This document shows positions 28,301 through 39,300 of a DNA stretch of 64,000 nt, piece by piece. Positions within the stretch are counted from its first letter, which is position 1. Every line of letters starts with the position of its first letter. Source of the DNA: Phoronis australis. Lineage: Eukaryota; Animalia; Phoronida. Both the position numbers and the translations under genes were made by a program. The notes under the pieces were generated by a model that was not told where the DNA came from, made no database searches, and worked only from the letters and a program-made list of their open reading frames with translations. The stretch is taken from assembly GCA_002633005.1 (NCBI GenBank), contig NMRA01000382.1, positions 319,096 to 383,095 of the forward strand. Direction: 5' to 3'.

Positions 28301-31300
28301 CACCTGTTGGATGCAGATTTGGGTGTAATGTGCTAAATAGGGGAAAATTAAAGTAAATTTCACACTTAACTAATACTTTTTAATGATAAAGAATTTATTT
28401 TTATGGACAATGATGTCGTAGTTATCGATAATGAAGTCTGTGTTCACAGATAGTTGAACCCTGTTGCAACGGGATCTTTATAACATTCTAACAGAAGCTC
28501 ATTGCAACCTAGAGAAATGACCGTTACAGTTGAATTGGGATTTGTGAAATGGAACCTCGCATGCTCATTGTAAAATAGTTTGACTGTGTTAACAAATGGA
28601 ATGTACATCAAATCCTTGATTGTAAACAGTGTGTAATTATCGTAAAACCTAACAATTTGTAGAAAACACATAGTGTATGGGTGTCGAAAAAGAGGCCCTC
28701 ACTAAAATCGCACAAATAGCAATTTGATTACAAAATAAACTACACAATGTCAAAATTACACAAGTTTCGAAGCACAAAACTGGAGCTAAACATCTGTCAG
28801 TTTTCGACTAAAACCTAACCCAGTATAAATCTCAACAAAATGTCGCACTGTGACAAATCGTCCCAACTGACTGCGCAAGTCCATTGACCAACAAATAGTT
28901 AGCGGGCTATGCGCAATAATGTCACATTTACTATGACTACAGCTCAACATAGCCAATTTCATTATAACAAAACACCTCCGACAACTAAAGTGCCAAAAAT
29001 CTGGCAATAAATTCATCATAATTTGCTTCGCAGAGTTCTTACAAAGTCTGCCAAGCATTTGATTTTGAAAACTTTAAATTGTCAGCTTGTCTAATAGCAT
29101 TAAGTAAGTATTATTCTCAGTGTACCTGATTTGTAGAAAACAGCTTCAAAACAGTCACGGTTTTGTTGAAACTCAATGTGTTCTGTGTAGCTGTAGAGCT
29201 CAGATATCTCTGTGAAGTATGTGTCAGCATCATCATATACAAACTCAAGGTCGGGTGTCTCACTCATGGTCTGCAACACAAAATAAAGAGTCACACTGAA
29301 CCTCATTTTCTGTTAATCTTGGCTTAGGTGACCACGATCTTGCCAGTTCGTGGCAATAATTATCGGTTCGAAAAATACACAGGAGGGTCCCCAGATCACA
29401 TTTGTTTTTGGCCAAAACATGAGCACAAACTTTAAAATTAAGGTGCAAGAAACAAAAGACATTTTGATTCGACGTTTCGGTTAATTCACTATAAACCATT
29501 CTCAAGACAAAAGTTCAAATTACTCAATCAGGCGACACAGGTGGAGAACAGACTGTACAGGTACATGTCAAAATGCATTGTGAGGGGAGAGACCAGAAAT
29601 CAAAACAGTTAGAGCTCAAATGAACCAGTGTAATGTTTGTATTGGCATAGCGCTCAGCATGATTCAACCATATATGCTTAAAGCATCCTTTAAGAGGAGC
29701 CTGAGGGTGGCATTATCCTCCTCTAAGATCTGAATTCTTTATATTGAACAAAGATTTCCACCTGACTGCCAGTCAGGTTCCAAGTTCACGCACCATGGAC
29801 CAGCCTAGGCAATTACAGCGCCCTGAATGCCGCAAGCAAACAGGGGCGATAGTACATCTCCATAAAAATTTAGTCATTCAAAATACAGCAAATAAAATCG
29901 AATGAAACATGCATATATGACAGAGAGTTATAGTTAACACATACCTTGACTATGGATACAATTTAGTCAACATAACTTTAACATATCTATGAAAATCTGA
30001 TCGCGGTTCGGTCGATTTTCTCTTACTGGGTGCTATATTGAGGAAGTTACGTGAAATCACGCATGTTGAACAAAAAGTCCAAAGGACACAAATTTGATAA
30101 ATTTCACTTGAAATCTTCCCGTGCTATTTTGCAAGTGTCACGCACCACGTCACGCCTTCGCTTAGTCTCGCGCTAGCCTTGCCCAACTCACATGACTCAG
30201 TTGAAATATTTTGCGGTTATCGCGTGCACGGTGAAAAAGTTAATGGTGACCAAAAAAGTGGAGTTGGAATTCTTCGTAAAAGTCACCTTAATTTTCATAG
30301 GTATGCTTCATCGAAGATATGTGTAGAAGCAGAAAGGATCACTGAAGAAAGTAAGCACCTTTTAAAGTAATAGTTTTAAGTGTACAACGTATTTTTGACG
30401 AGGTGAAAACTCTTAATCAGTGAGCGGATTTTGCCTGCCGCCCATTTAAAATACACAGGATGAAATTAGTACAGAAACCTATAGGAAGTATTGCAGCCCC
30501 TAACCGGCCAACTAACTCTTGTTGCCTAGGACCAGTCCAGCAGCTGGGAACCACATATTCTTCTTCTTCTTGGTTTAAGTGATCACACTCTCTCCAGAGT
30601 GTTATGTCACTGTATCAACAAAAACGAGAACAACTATAACTGGTTTAAAGGGATACATATACATAGTGGACGTCACTTAAGAGGTCGGTTAACATAGCTA
30701 GATCGTTAACATATAAGGCAGTCAGTAAGCGAGTGCCCCAAATGGAGGCACCCCACTTCAGAAAGGCAGATAGCTTGCTGACAAAGTCAAAGATATCAAG
30801 AGAAGGGACTGATGTAATTGCAGCCCGGCAAAGCTATTCCAGTGAGTCGGCAACTGTTCTAGGAAAGAATGTCTTTTTCCTGTAATTTTTCCTATTTATC
30901 GGAATACTATAATTGGACGACCGTCTGGTACAGATGCTCGAGACAGCAAGATCTGTGATAGAAGCAACATCAGAGTTGATGATCACCGACTACTTTATCT
31001 TTACTTAAATTGTATTTGTAAAACATTTTCAGCCGACAGATTTGACTCGCTCTGTCGCCAAAATCCAAATTATGATCCCATGAAGAAATTTATAGACATG
31101 AATAATACAGCAAAAATAACTGCACGGAAATCAATCAAAACAAATTATTTATGTTAACAGGTTTAATACTAACAGCTGAAACTAGCCCAGGCGACTACCA
31201 ACTGGAGTGGAAGGTGACAATCAGACTCAGCACTCAGAGGACAAGTTGGCGACAATGACCAGTTGTTTGAGCAAGTATGAGGACATCTCCTGCACTAATG

Positions 31301-31432
31301 GATGTGATTACATATTCACATAGTGTTAGTGAGTGAGGATGTCGCAATTACCTCTGAATCCCTCCTTTGACGCCGCAATAATTCACGGAGTTTTGGCAAC
31401 CCAGCCCGCTTGCCAGGCCCCCCAACCTCCAT
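13326..31432 (-). CDS. STRIP1: Striatin-interacting protein (STRIP1/2, FAM40 family; STRIPAK subunit), 19 coding exons, about 793 aa
   Basis: Exons: 31352-31432 ([27 protein letters not shown]), 29126-29270 ([18 protein letters not shown]), 27512-27643, 27112-27232, 26087-26155 ([13 protein letters not shown]), 25341-25447, 24814-24941 ([20 protein letters not shown]), 24219-24416 ([14 protein letters not shown]), 22834-23003 (LPWTPKVR), 22280-22409, 21555-21626, 21088-21162 (LPSLPQYM), 20424-20521 ([29 protein letters not shown]), 19700-19826 ([20 protein letters not shown]), 19080-19180, 18384-18450, 16459-16563 ([12 protein letters not shown]), 14509-14713 ([28 protein letters not shown]), 13326-13576 ([12 protein letters not shown]). 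All introns are GT-AG and the phases are consistent (2382 nt). The motifs are recognisable STRIP/FAM40 sequence. Confidence 0.95.
14100..14540. repeat. Degenerate 55-60 bp tandem repeat (about 8 copies) derived from the STRIP exon-18/intron junction
   Basis: Recurring gcactcaccattt(c)caaaggcccaa...gagcc(a/g)aca units at about 14105, 14164, 14220, 14277, 14335, 14389 and 14444. The last unit is the real exon end (gcttaccgtttccaaaggcccagtcatcgttgagtcga). Confidence 0.75.
15019..16258. mobile_element. Putative non-autonomous Helentron/HINE-like element with an internal direct repeat
   Basis: Both ends lie in A-runs. There is a hairpin cgctc-ggag-gagcg near 15034, a terminal hairpin cggaattc-gaa-gaattccg at 16227-16245, and imperfect subterminal inverted motifs (acttggcgg / ccgccatgaagt). 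An internal direct repeat of about 165 bp occupies 15088-15254 and 15400-15560. Several gccatctt/aaaatggc motifs are present. Confidence 0.45.
19310..19692. mobile_element. 383-bp MITE with 12-bp TIRs and a 7-bp TSD (P-element-like termini)
   Basis: TIR catagattatag (19310-19321) and ctataatctatg (19681-19692), flanked by the direct repeat gtcttac at 19303-19309 and 19693-19699. Confidence 0.8.
20578..20725. repeat. 37-bp minisatellite, 4 copies
   Basis: tgtgatataaaggtgaggcagtaccttagtttgtgaa repeated four times with one substitution. Confidence 0.95.
23838..23910 (-). mobile_element. tRNA-derived SINE head remnant
   Basis: The minus strand reads ctcagtgataagagcactagac...ggttcaattccctg (A-box-like and B-box-like motifs). 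Confidence 0.4.
24669..24799. repeat. Degenerate 29-bp tandem repeat, 4-5 copies, containing CCAAT
   Basis: aaacc(t/c)accaatcac(g/a)agg..gga/gtattgt units immediately next to the STRIP exon-7 donor. Confidence 0.75.
27198..27445. repeat. Degenerate 55-bp tandem repeat (4-5 copies) derived from the STRIP intron/exon-4 junction
   Basis: ttggtctgtgtcagtttcacactccccaaacacacctaacaaaagaaagca (real exon start plus acceptor) is repeated with decay. cac(c/t)taa recurs at 27230, 27286, 27341, 27394 and 27438. Confidence 0.8.
29462..29512 (-). ncRNA. Minimal type I hammerhead ribozyme-like motif (U3-A8 variant)
   Basis: Minus strand: ttttgtc UUGAGAA u ggttta-tagtgaat-taacc GAAA c g UC / gaatcaaaa. This gives stem I ttttg-tc with ga-caaaa, stem II ggtt/aacc, and a loop-less palindromic stem III (ACGU). 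Confidence 0.55.
29462..29800 (-). mobile_element. Penelope-like retroelement 3' remnant (decayed GIY-YIG C-terminus plus hammerhead motif)
   Basis: The minus strand encodes [22 protein letters not shown] and then a frameshifted ...GSFELxLF*-like end, resembling the IL....N...L.LKESL.I...P.LN....L.LF end of PLE endonucleases. About 100 nt later comes cttgagaatggtt...aaccgaaacgtc. Confidence 0.65.
30558..31060 (-). mobile_element. CR1/L2-group LINE 3' end remnant
   Basis: The minus strand encodes [10 protein letters not shown]...[16 protein letters not shown] (the typical FFPRT..WNSLP ORF2 C-terminus, with frameshifts). It is followed by a 3' UTR with the hairpin acactctg-gagagagtgt and a (GAA)n tail. 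Confidence 0.7.
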
Positions 31433-32693
31433 CTTGAATTTCTAAACAGTGACTGTATGAAGCGCCCTCTTTTAAGAAACAATGTTCTCACACTCAACGC
31501 TTTATGATTCTGGGCTTGGCCGCTGACCCATGACGTATCGTTTTACAACTAAATACATGTAAGCTTATGTGATGTAAGATTTAACTGGGAGAATGTTTTG
31601 CATGGATGAAGTCAAAATAATGATAAAAAGATATGCAAAAGCCGTACTGGAAATCAGTAAGGGCAAATTGAAACACGAAATAGGAAATCGTCTTAATTAA
31701 TGAGGAAATTTCCAAGCCCTGATGACTGAATGTACGGGTATCAGATATCAAAGCCAAACACTTCTGCTTTTGATAATTTTTTGTCCCCTTTCTCGTAACT
31801 TGTCTCTGTTCCACACTATTTTCAAGCGATTGTCGTTCACTTCCTCGAAATGTCGTTTGGCAGTTATAGTTCCGACCAGACATTCGATAGTCTTCCAACA
31901 GTGCCACCGAGTGCGCAGGGCCTGCACCGTGACACACTGGCCGGTCTTGCCATCTGGTGACTGCTCTAAAATTATTTACCGAGGGTGCACGTTTAACTAG
32001 CCCATGCCCATGCGCTCATTTCCTGAGATGAGGTGCAGCTGCCCATGCGAATCATTTGAAACCGTAAATTCAAACCCCGCAAGTGATGTTCCGTCAATCG
32101 ATATAGCCTATAGGCTAGTATAAGTTGGCCTTCAGTAGCAGTCACTGAGGAATTTATGGCAGACTTTCATAGCGTCTATAGGCGAAGGACGACTGCATAA
32201 CCACACTTTTGGATAGGATATGGTTCCCGCCGGGCGTCTACACTGTAGTTTTCAATGGTTACTAATTTTTCAAGTTTTGGTAGGATGGACCTACGAGTAA
32301 TGAAAAAAGGGCACGGTAACCCTCAACAATAAGTTGAAATCTAGACTAGATTTAGAAATCGTAGGCGTGACAAGTTGCCTGGAGTTTACGCCGAACTCAG
32401 ATTTTTATAATTTTTTATTATCAAATTCTGAAAATACTTTTACAGGATAATTAATCCAAAAATAACAGGAGGCATTAATGACGTAATGGCTTCACCAATC
32501 AACAGGTTTGTCAAATCAAGACGCAATTTGAGAATGACTTGTAAGGTTGCTTGTGAAATTACAATACACGTGCGAGAACTCATGCTGAAGGAGCCATTCA
32601 ACACCTAATGAGTTGGGTACTACCGATGTTAAAAAATATGTACGAAATAATCAAACAATCCGTGGGACGAAATCACGTCCACGAAATGTTGCT

Positions 32694-32901
32694 TTTATTC
32701 AAGCGAATTGTTGGACAGTTTGTCTTTTAATCAAACTTGTCAATTCACTCTCATTTCCTCTTTTCCAAGTGCTAGGACACCACTAGCAACACCGAAGGGC
32801 AAATTGCACCATGTTCCAATCCCTTACCCTGCAAACATAAGGGAATGTTTCCAAAGGAAGAAAATAAACAACTCCACTTTCGACATATAATCCAATTTAT
32901 T
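32694..32901 (-). terminator. Candidate UBA1 polyadenylation signals (AATAAA at 32896-32901 and 32694-32699)
   Basis: tttatt hexamers 410 and 610 nt downstream of the UBA1 stop codon. Confidence 0.4.
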
Positions 32902-33308
32902 ACAATAAACATCACATGAGTATGCAGCACTTCATAGTCCACTCTACATTGCTTTGCCTTAGGTAAATTATATAATATAAAGAAAAAAAAAAAAAACGAA
33001 GATCTAAAGAATTCTTGGTTCCCATAACAGTGATTCGCCACATTGCCCATCCTGTATACTTGGGCATCGAGATCGTTTGTCTTGACATTGTCTAAAGGAT
33101 CTTTACAACAATGCAAATGACTTCGATTACAATTTTTTTGTCCTAAGGAAGGAAAACGTTCTCAAAATCACTTTGCGCACTTAAAATCTTTAAACGAGAA
33201 AATCTTGGAAAATAACTAAATTTTTGTGCAGGTGACAGGTTCTCGAAACCAAGATGGAATCACATCGGAGTTGAATACGTGACGACCACCAGAGGGAGTT
33301 ATGCATCT

Positions 33309-36300
33309 TTACCGGAGCGTGTATCTGACGTAGGGCACATCAACTTCCTCTCCATCTTTGTCATTGCAACAAAGCTCAAATACGAGAGCTCGAACGTGAG
33401 GCGGAATCTTTTTCTTTGACACTTTTTTGACAACCTCGGACATGCTGGGAGAAAAAGACAAACACATTCAGTGTCTACACACAGTACAACAGTCAGACCC
33501 TGTCAAACGTGACACAGTTACACCAGAATTCTTTAACAATGAGATCGAAATCAATATTCATGGCAATAAACAACAATTTTAGCTAAAACTTAATGCATGT
33601 CAGTGTGCCTAGCTGTCACTAGACCTTTTTCTAGATAAGAAATAAGATAGATTTTTATCCGCTATCCCTTGACATCAAGGTGTAAACCTGCTGCCGCACA
33701 GCAGGCATCTGCTTGAGGTGTGTAAGACATCCTGCTGGGTTATTTACCGTATGAAAGAATACAAAATAAGGTGGCACTTTTTCCTAGTTCTCTGCTTAAG
33801 TTGGAAGACTCTCACTTGACCTATTTAGGTCACAGATAAAGATTTTGACAAAATTTTGCCAGAAATGACACGAATTGGTATGATGAATCGCACGACAAAC
33901 TGGTCAACACTGCTTCCCACAGAGGTCCTCACAATTTCCAGGACAGAAAGACCTGATGGAGAGATGTAGCGACCGAGAGACTTTGGCTCAGCAAGCTACC
34001 CACATTTCAAGTGACTTTGAACAATCTCCAAGGTCAGCATAATGAACGTAAAAAGTCAAAACTCAACACGATCAACTTACTTCAGAGGAAGTCGCTCTTT
34101 TAGTTTAGCCGCACCCGTAAAGAACGAGTAGAGCATACAGACGCCGTGAGACAACATGGTGATTTCCAGCCCATGCTTTTCCTGAAATGAACAACAAAGA
34201 GAAGTTAGTGAAACGCACAATGAAACCCTACACAATGTGTTACGTAGATGGTCAACAACAGACGACTGCCCCTTATGCAGCACAAACAGACAGCACAAAC
34301 TGGCACTTTTCAGCCCTATTGAGGCACCGTGAATACAAGCTAACTGTGGCTCCACCTATCGTGAACCGCATGTCCTGTCGGGAACCACGTACACTTTAGT
34401 GCTTCAAAATTTATCTTCTTTCACAAATACTAATTTCTGATAAGCACAACCTAACGGTAATGAAATTGACCACGAGATGTTCAGCTTTGCAAAGAATTGA
34501 CAGCTCACTATTGCTTGAGACAAGCTGTCTTGCCACGGCGGGTCATTTTATTGACTCAAGAAACAATGCCCTATTATCTTTTTCTAAGCTCAAAAGCAAC
34601 TTATCATTTCAATTGGGAGAAACTGAGACAAGCACCTGAATCAAGCTTTTTATTTTCCTACCTCAAAATGTTTCAAGAACTTCTCCAAAGACATTTCTCC
34701 TTCAACTTCAAAGCGATCCCAGAGAGTGAACTCATTGTCATAGTACTGCAAGAAACAACAAATCAAATCAAATCTTAACAGCCCACTTCTAACAACTGAC
34801 AGATCGCAAGCTCCACTACCTTACGAAAAGTCGACAAACAAACAATACGATTTACCCGGCAACATGATGTTTGTTGGAAAAAATGGTGGCTTAGAACGAA
34901 GGTGTGTCAAGAATTGTGCACTCTGATTCGTCAGTTAAGCCGTCACTCAAAATACTGGCGATAGGTCAATTTGCACGTCAACTGCATTAAAGAAAAAATT
35001 CAAAATTGGCATCAACACTTTCTTATGTTTAAAGAACAACTCTGACGCTTTTACAGAAATCTCAAAGAAAAAGGAGTCAGCCTGATTAAAAGTACATCCA
35101 CATCTGGGACTGAAATACAGTACGAGACAAAAGTATTCAGATAAAATGACCCTGAATTCCCCGATATGATGACTGGGCACAACCTGAAGTCATTGTCAGA
35201 AGAGTCCTCCTTGGTGACCGGAGAAAGAAGAGGAATGAACGATAAAGTTGGCTTAACCATTCTGCAACTAGAATTTTGTCACAATAACAGTTCCAATAAC
35301 AGTTATTACCAGTCATTTCTGCTGTTCATAAAATTAGCCGTCATGATGGGGAAACGGTATTTTGTTTGATTACTTTTGTCTTGTACTGTAGCTGCATTGT
35401 TTGATTACTTTTGTCTTGTACTGTAGCTGTATTGTTCGATTACTTTTGTCTTGTACTGTAGCTGTATTGTTTGATTACTTTTGTCTCGTACTGTAGCTGT
35501 ATTGTTTGATAACTTTTGTCTTGTACTGTACATTTAACTCATTGGACTGTACTAAAACTCTAAAACTGACTGTGACACAGAAACTGTAGTCACAGTAAAT
35601 ATTAGACAGAATTCCAAACAAATATCTAAAAGCAGAGGCTTTAAGTGGATTCGCTGGAATTGGACCAGATTCTTGTAGTTTTAAAATGAGGAGCAATTAT
35701 AATATCTAGTTTTGCACATCCATCATTTGTCAGACCTTTTATTCGAAAACAACTGTTGACTTTTGCAGTGAAAGACCCGCTGTAGACGATTTGCAAACTT
35801 CACATGCATCCATTCAACAGTGATTTTATCCCACTGATTGACTGAGAGTCATTTTTGAACACAAGATTTATCACATTTTCTTACCTTGGTTTTGGGTGCT
35901 GGGATTGGCTCTGAAAACCCGAAGAATGGCAGCGCCAGGTTGACAAACCCATTCTTGTAAGACTCCAATTTCTTGTGTCCTTGTATGAGCTATAGAGAAC
36001 AAAGTGCAATTAGGACACTGGAGTGAAAAGGAACCAAACTGTAGTCAATGAAATACCAAAAGTCAAGGAAGACAACAACGACATTTGTCACTTTCTTTAC
36101 TCACTATCTAAATATCTCCAAATCAAAATGACTGCAATTGCATTCATGTCCCACAGAAAACTAATTATGTCAAGTTGAAGTCGGGAATCTTAAATTTGAA
36201 GCAATCTAAAAGTCCCTGTCATCAGCAGTGTTATCGTAATGTGATTAGTAATGCTAACTCGCCACGCAAAAGATACGAGCCAAAACATGGACCGAACCAG

Positions 36301-39300
36301 TTTTGATAGACAGCACTGTGAGTTTAATATATCACACATTGCGCACGATGTTCAACATAGGATACAACACCCAGGGTGAGTTCAGGGAAAATAGTATCTC
36401 ACAAGTTTGGGAGATCATGCAAATGTTCACAGGATATCACCCAGCAATACAAGTGAAGCATGTCATCTGAATAGCCTTGATGAGTAACTAGCGTCACAGA
36501 ACAAACACCTTTTGACTCCAGCTTACCTTGTACATCTCTAAACACACCAGTCCTGTGACAAGCGAAGTCGTGGTGGCGATGGCCGGAATGATTTTACCAG
36601 CTATTAGTTTACTCTGAAAGGGGAACGAAACAGAATTACAAAAAATATAAAGAGAGAGGGCTAAACAAGTTTTAGATGTACTTTCTAGACTCAGTATTTA
36701 ATCACCAAATTCAATTTTTTTGACATTTCCTGCTCTAAGTAGAAGTGTCAATAATTCTGTGCTTGAATGTATTACGGTTTAAAACGCAGATTAGTGTCGA
36801 ATTCAAATTCGAATTAAATGACCCAAAATTTTCAGAGTAAAAACTCAAGATTTCAAGCAAAAATTACATTTTTAGTCGACTCCAGCTTACATGTTTCATG
36901 TTGGGGTCATCAAGTACAAACTAAGATTAGTGTCACTTACATAAACCATAATGTGCTAGAGCACAATATAATAGACACTTATATTGACTTCACACAAATG
37001 TAGAGCAGAAGACACTATTTACAGCTCCACATACCCATGACACGAACCTTACGTTCCATAACATTCAAGCTCATCTCAAGGATCACATTGATTCAACGTT
37101 ATGAACGTGAACAGCTTTAGAGAGTAAATGGAATCACCATAGTTGAGTGACCCGTTCGTGACCGTTGACCTACCTTGTGCCTATCAGCGGGTGGTATGTC
37201 GTAGTTCTCCGCTCGAAGGTTGGAGCAGGCGACAATGAAGTCCATGTGGAAATTGGTGTCGTCGTCCTTCTCAAATTCAAGCGGATGTATGTTCACACCC
37301 TTCAGTGAGTCGGGTGAAGGCAGCTCCGCCTGTAGGCGCTCAACATAATCAGCATCTGCAAGGTCGCGAATAAAGCTCTTCTAGTTGATCTTTGTTTTTT
37401 GTAAAATTTAACAAAATAGAATTTCAGACAGCAATAACGAGTCATAAATAATGGAAGAATTACCATTGCTAAGGGACGCTATGGGACGCTAAGGGCTATG
37501 TACAACAACCCCTTGGTAATAACCAGCCAAGTGTCTCCATTCTAAGCTAACAATGAAAAGCAGCTCCAGTAAAAGTCAAAGTCTAACATTTGATACATCC
37601 TCCCCCCAACAAGTCTACTTACCCACGCTGCCCTCGTTGGACCGAGCCTGAGCCTCGCTGTCAGTCACGTCGATCTGCACTCCAGACCTGGGCTCAAAGT
37701 GAGCTACTTTGACGCTGGCCAGGATTTTGGCGATGGCGCCGCGGTCACGGTTCTGCTTCAGATCATACATGTCCGCACGGAGATTGGCAGCAGCAACGAT
37801 GAAGTCCAAATGAGTGACCTACGGATCACGTGATAGCTATGAAAATTCGTGAGAGCATCATTCTAGCATAGACAAAAATTGTAAGCTACCATAGACAACA
37901 CCGCTATAAAACTGGCCTCATTTTGGTCATTGCTCGTATCAGAAGTGGTTTCTAGGTCTTGAGGGAAGTTGCAGAGTATCACTGACAGACCATAGTTAGC
38001 GTGATCTGCTGTGACAAGCCACTCTTGAGACACCTCTAAGCCATGAACAAACTGCCAATTCGTTCCTTAATACATAAATCACAATTTAAAACCAATATCC
38101 CCACTGAAACGATATTTCCCCAGCCAACGGTGGATTTACCGTAGCTTTAAGACTATTACTAAAAAAGGCACTTGATGCTTGAGTGGTTAAAAAGTTACAA
38201 AATCTATGGGTTGAGGGGTTTACATTTTTGCCCAGGTACACTGAAATACCCCGACTCCTGGCAAGACTTTTGCCGTTCTCGACAAGAGAAGACCAACAAG
38301 GTAGAAAACTCAGGGGCCATCCAGAGATTAACTGTGCTGTCTGAAGCAACATTTCCAGGTAAATGTTAGCAAGTGTTGCACTTACATGGAGAATGATAAT
38401 GTTACAATGTAAACTGGGGAGACCAAGAGTGTTAGGTGATCCATAAGATACAAAACAAAGCTTCAGGATTATAAATACATTTGGCACATTACTATGACTC
38501 AGCCAGAAATTTAAGCTATACTCACATTGTTGACGTCAAAGTCCAAGGCATGTGGACACCGCTTGGGCCCAGACCAAAACAAAGCCCCGGAAGTAGTAAC
38601 CTGCAAGATAACACTCAAATTCACCGCGATCAGACACGATTACTATTAAACACTATGTTTTTGGTTAATAATCGGACATAACAAGTCGCATTTTGACAAC
38701 CAGCTTTCTACACTGAATATCCGACATCAAATTGATTCTCAAAATGCGGGCATGTTATATCCGACTATTGCCCGCTTTTGATCCATTTGTTAGAAACACG
38801 GTTGAAAAACATCCCAATTTTACACCAACTACAGCAACGAAGGTTTTAAGAGGACATGTCTATTACACACCAACTACAGCCAGGATGCTGAACGAGGACA
38901 TGTCTATTATACACAAACTACAGCCAGGATGCTATGCAAGGACATGTCTATTAAACACCAACTACAGTCACGAGGTTATACGAGGACATGTCTATTATAC
39001 ACCAACTACAGCCAGGATGTTTTACGAAGACATGTCAATTATACACCAACTACAGCCAGGATGCTGTACGAGGACATGTCTATTATACACCAACTACAGC
39101 CACAAGGTTATATGAGGACATGTCTATAATACACCAACTACAGCCAGGTGGTTGTACAAGGACATGTCTATTATACACCAACTACAGCCAGGAGGTTGAA
39201 GGACATGTCTATTATACACCAAACAGAGCCAGAAGGTTGTTTGAGGACATGTGTATTATACATCAACTACAGCCAGGAGGTTGTACGAGGACATGTCTGA

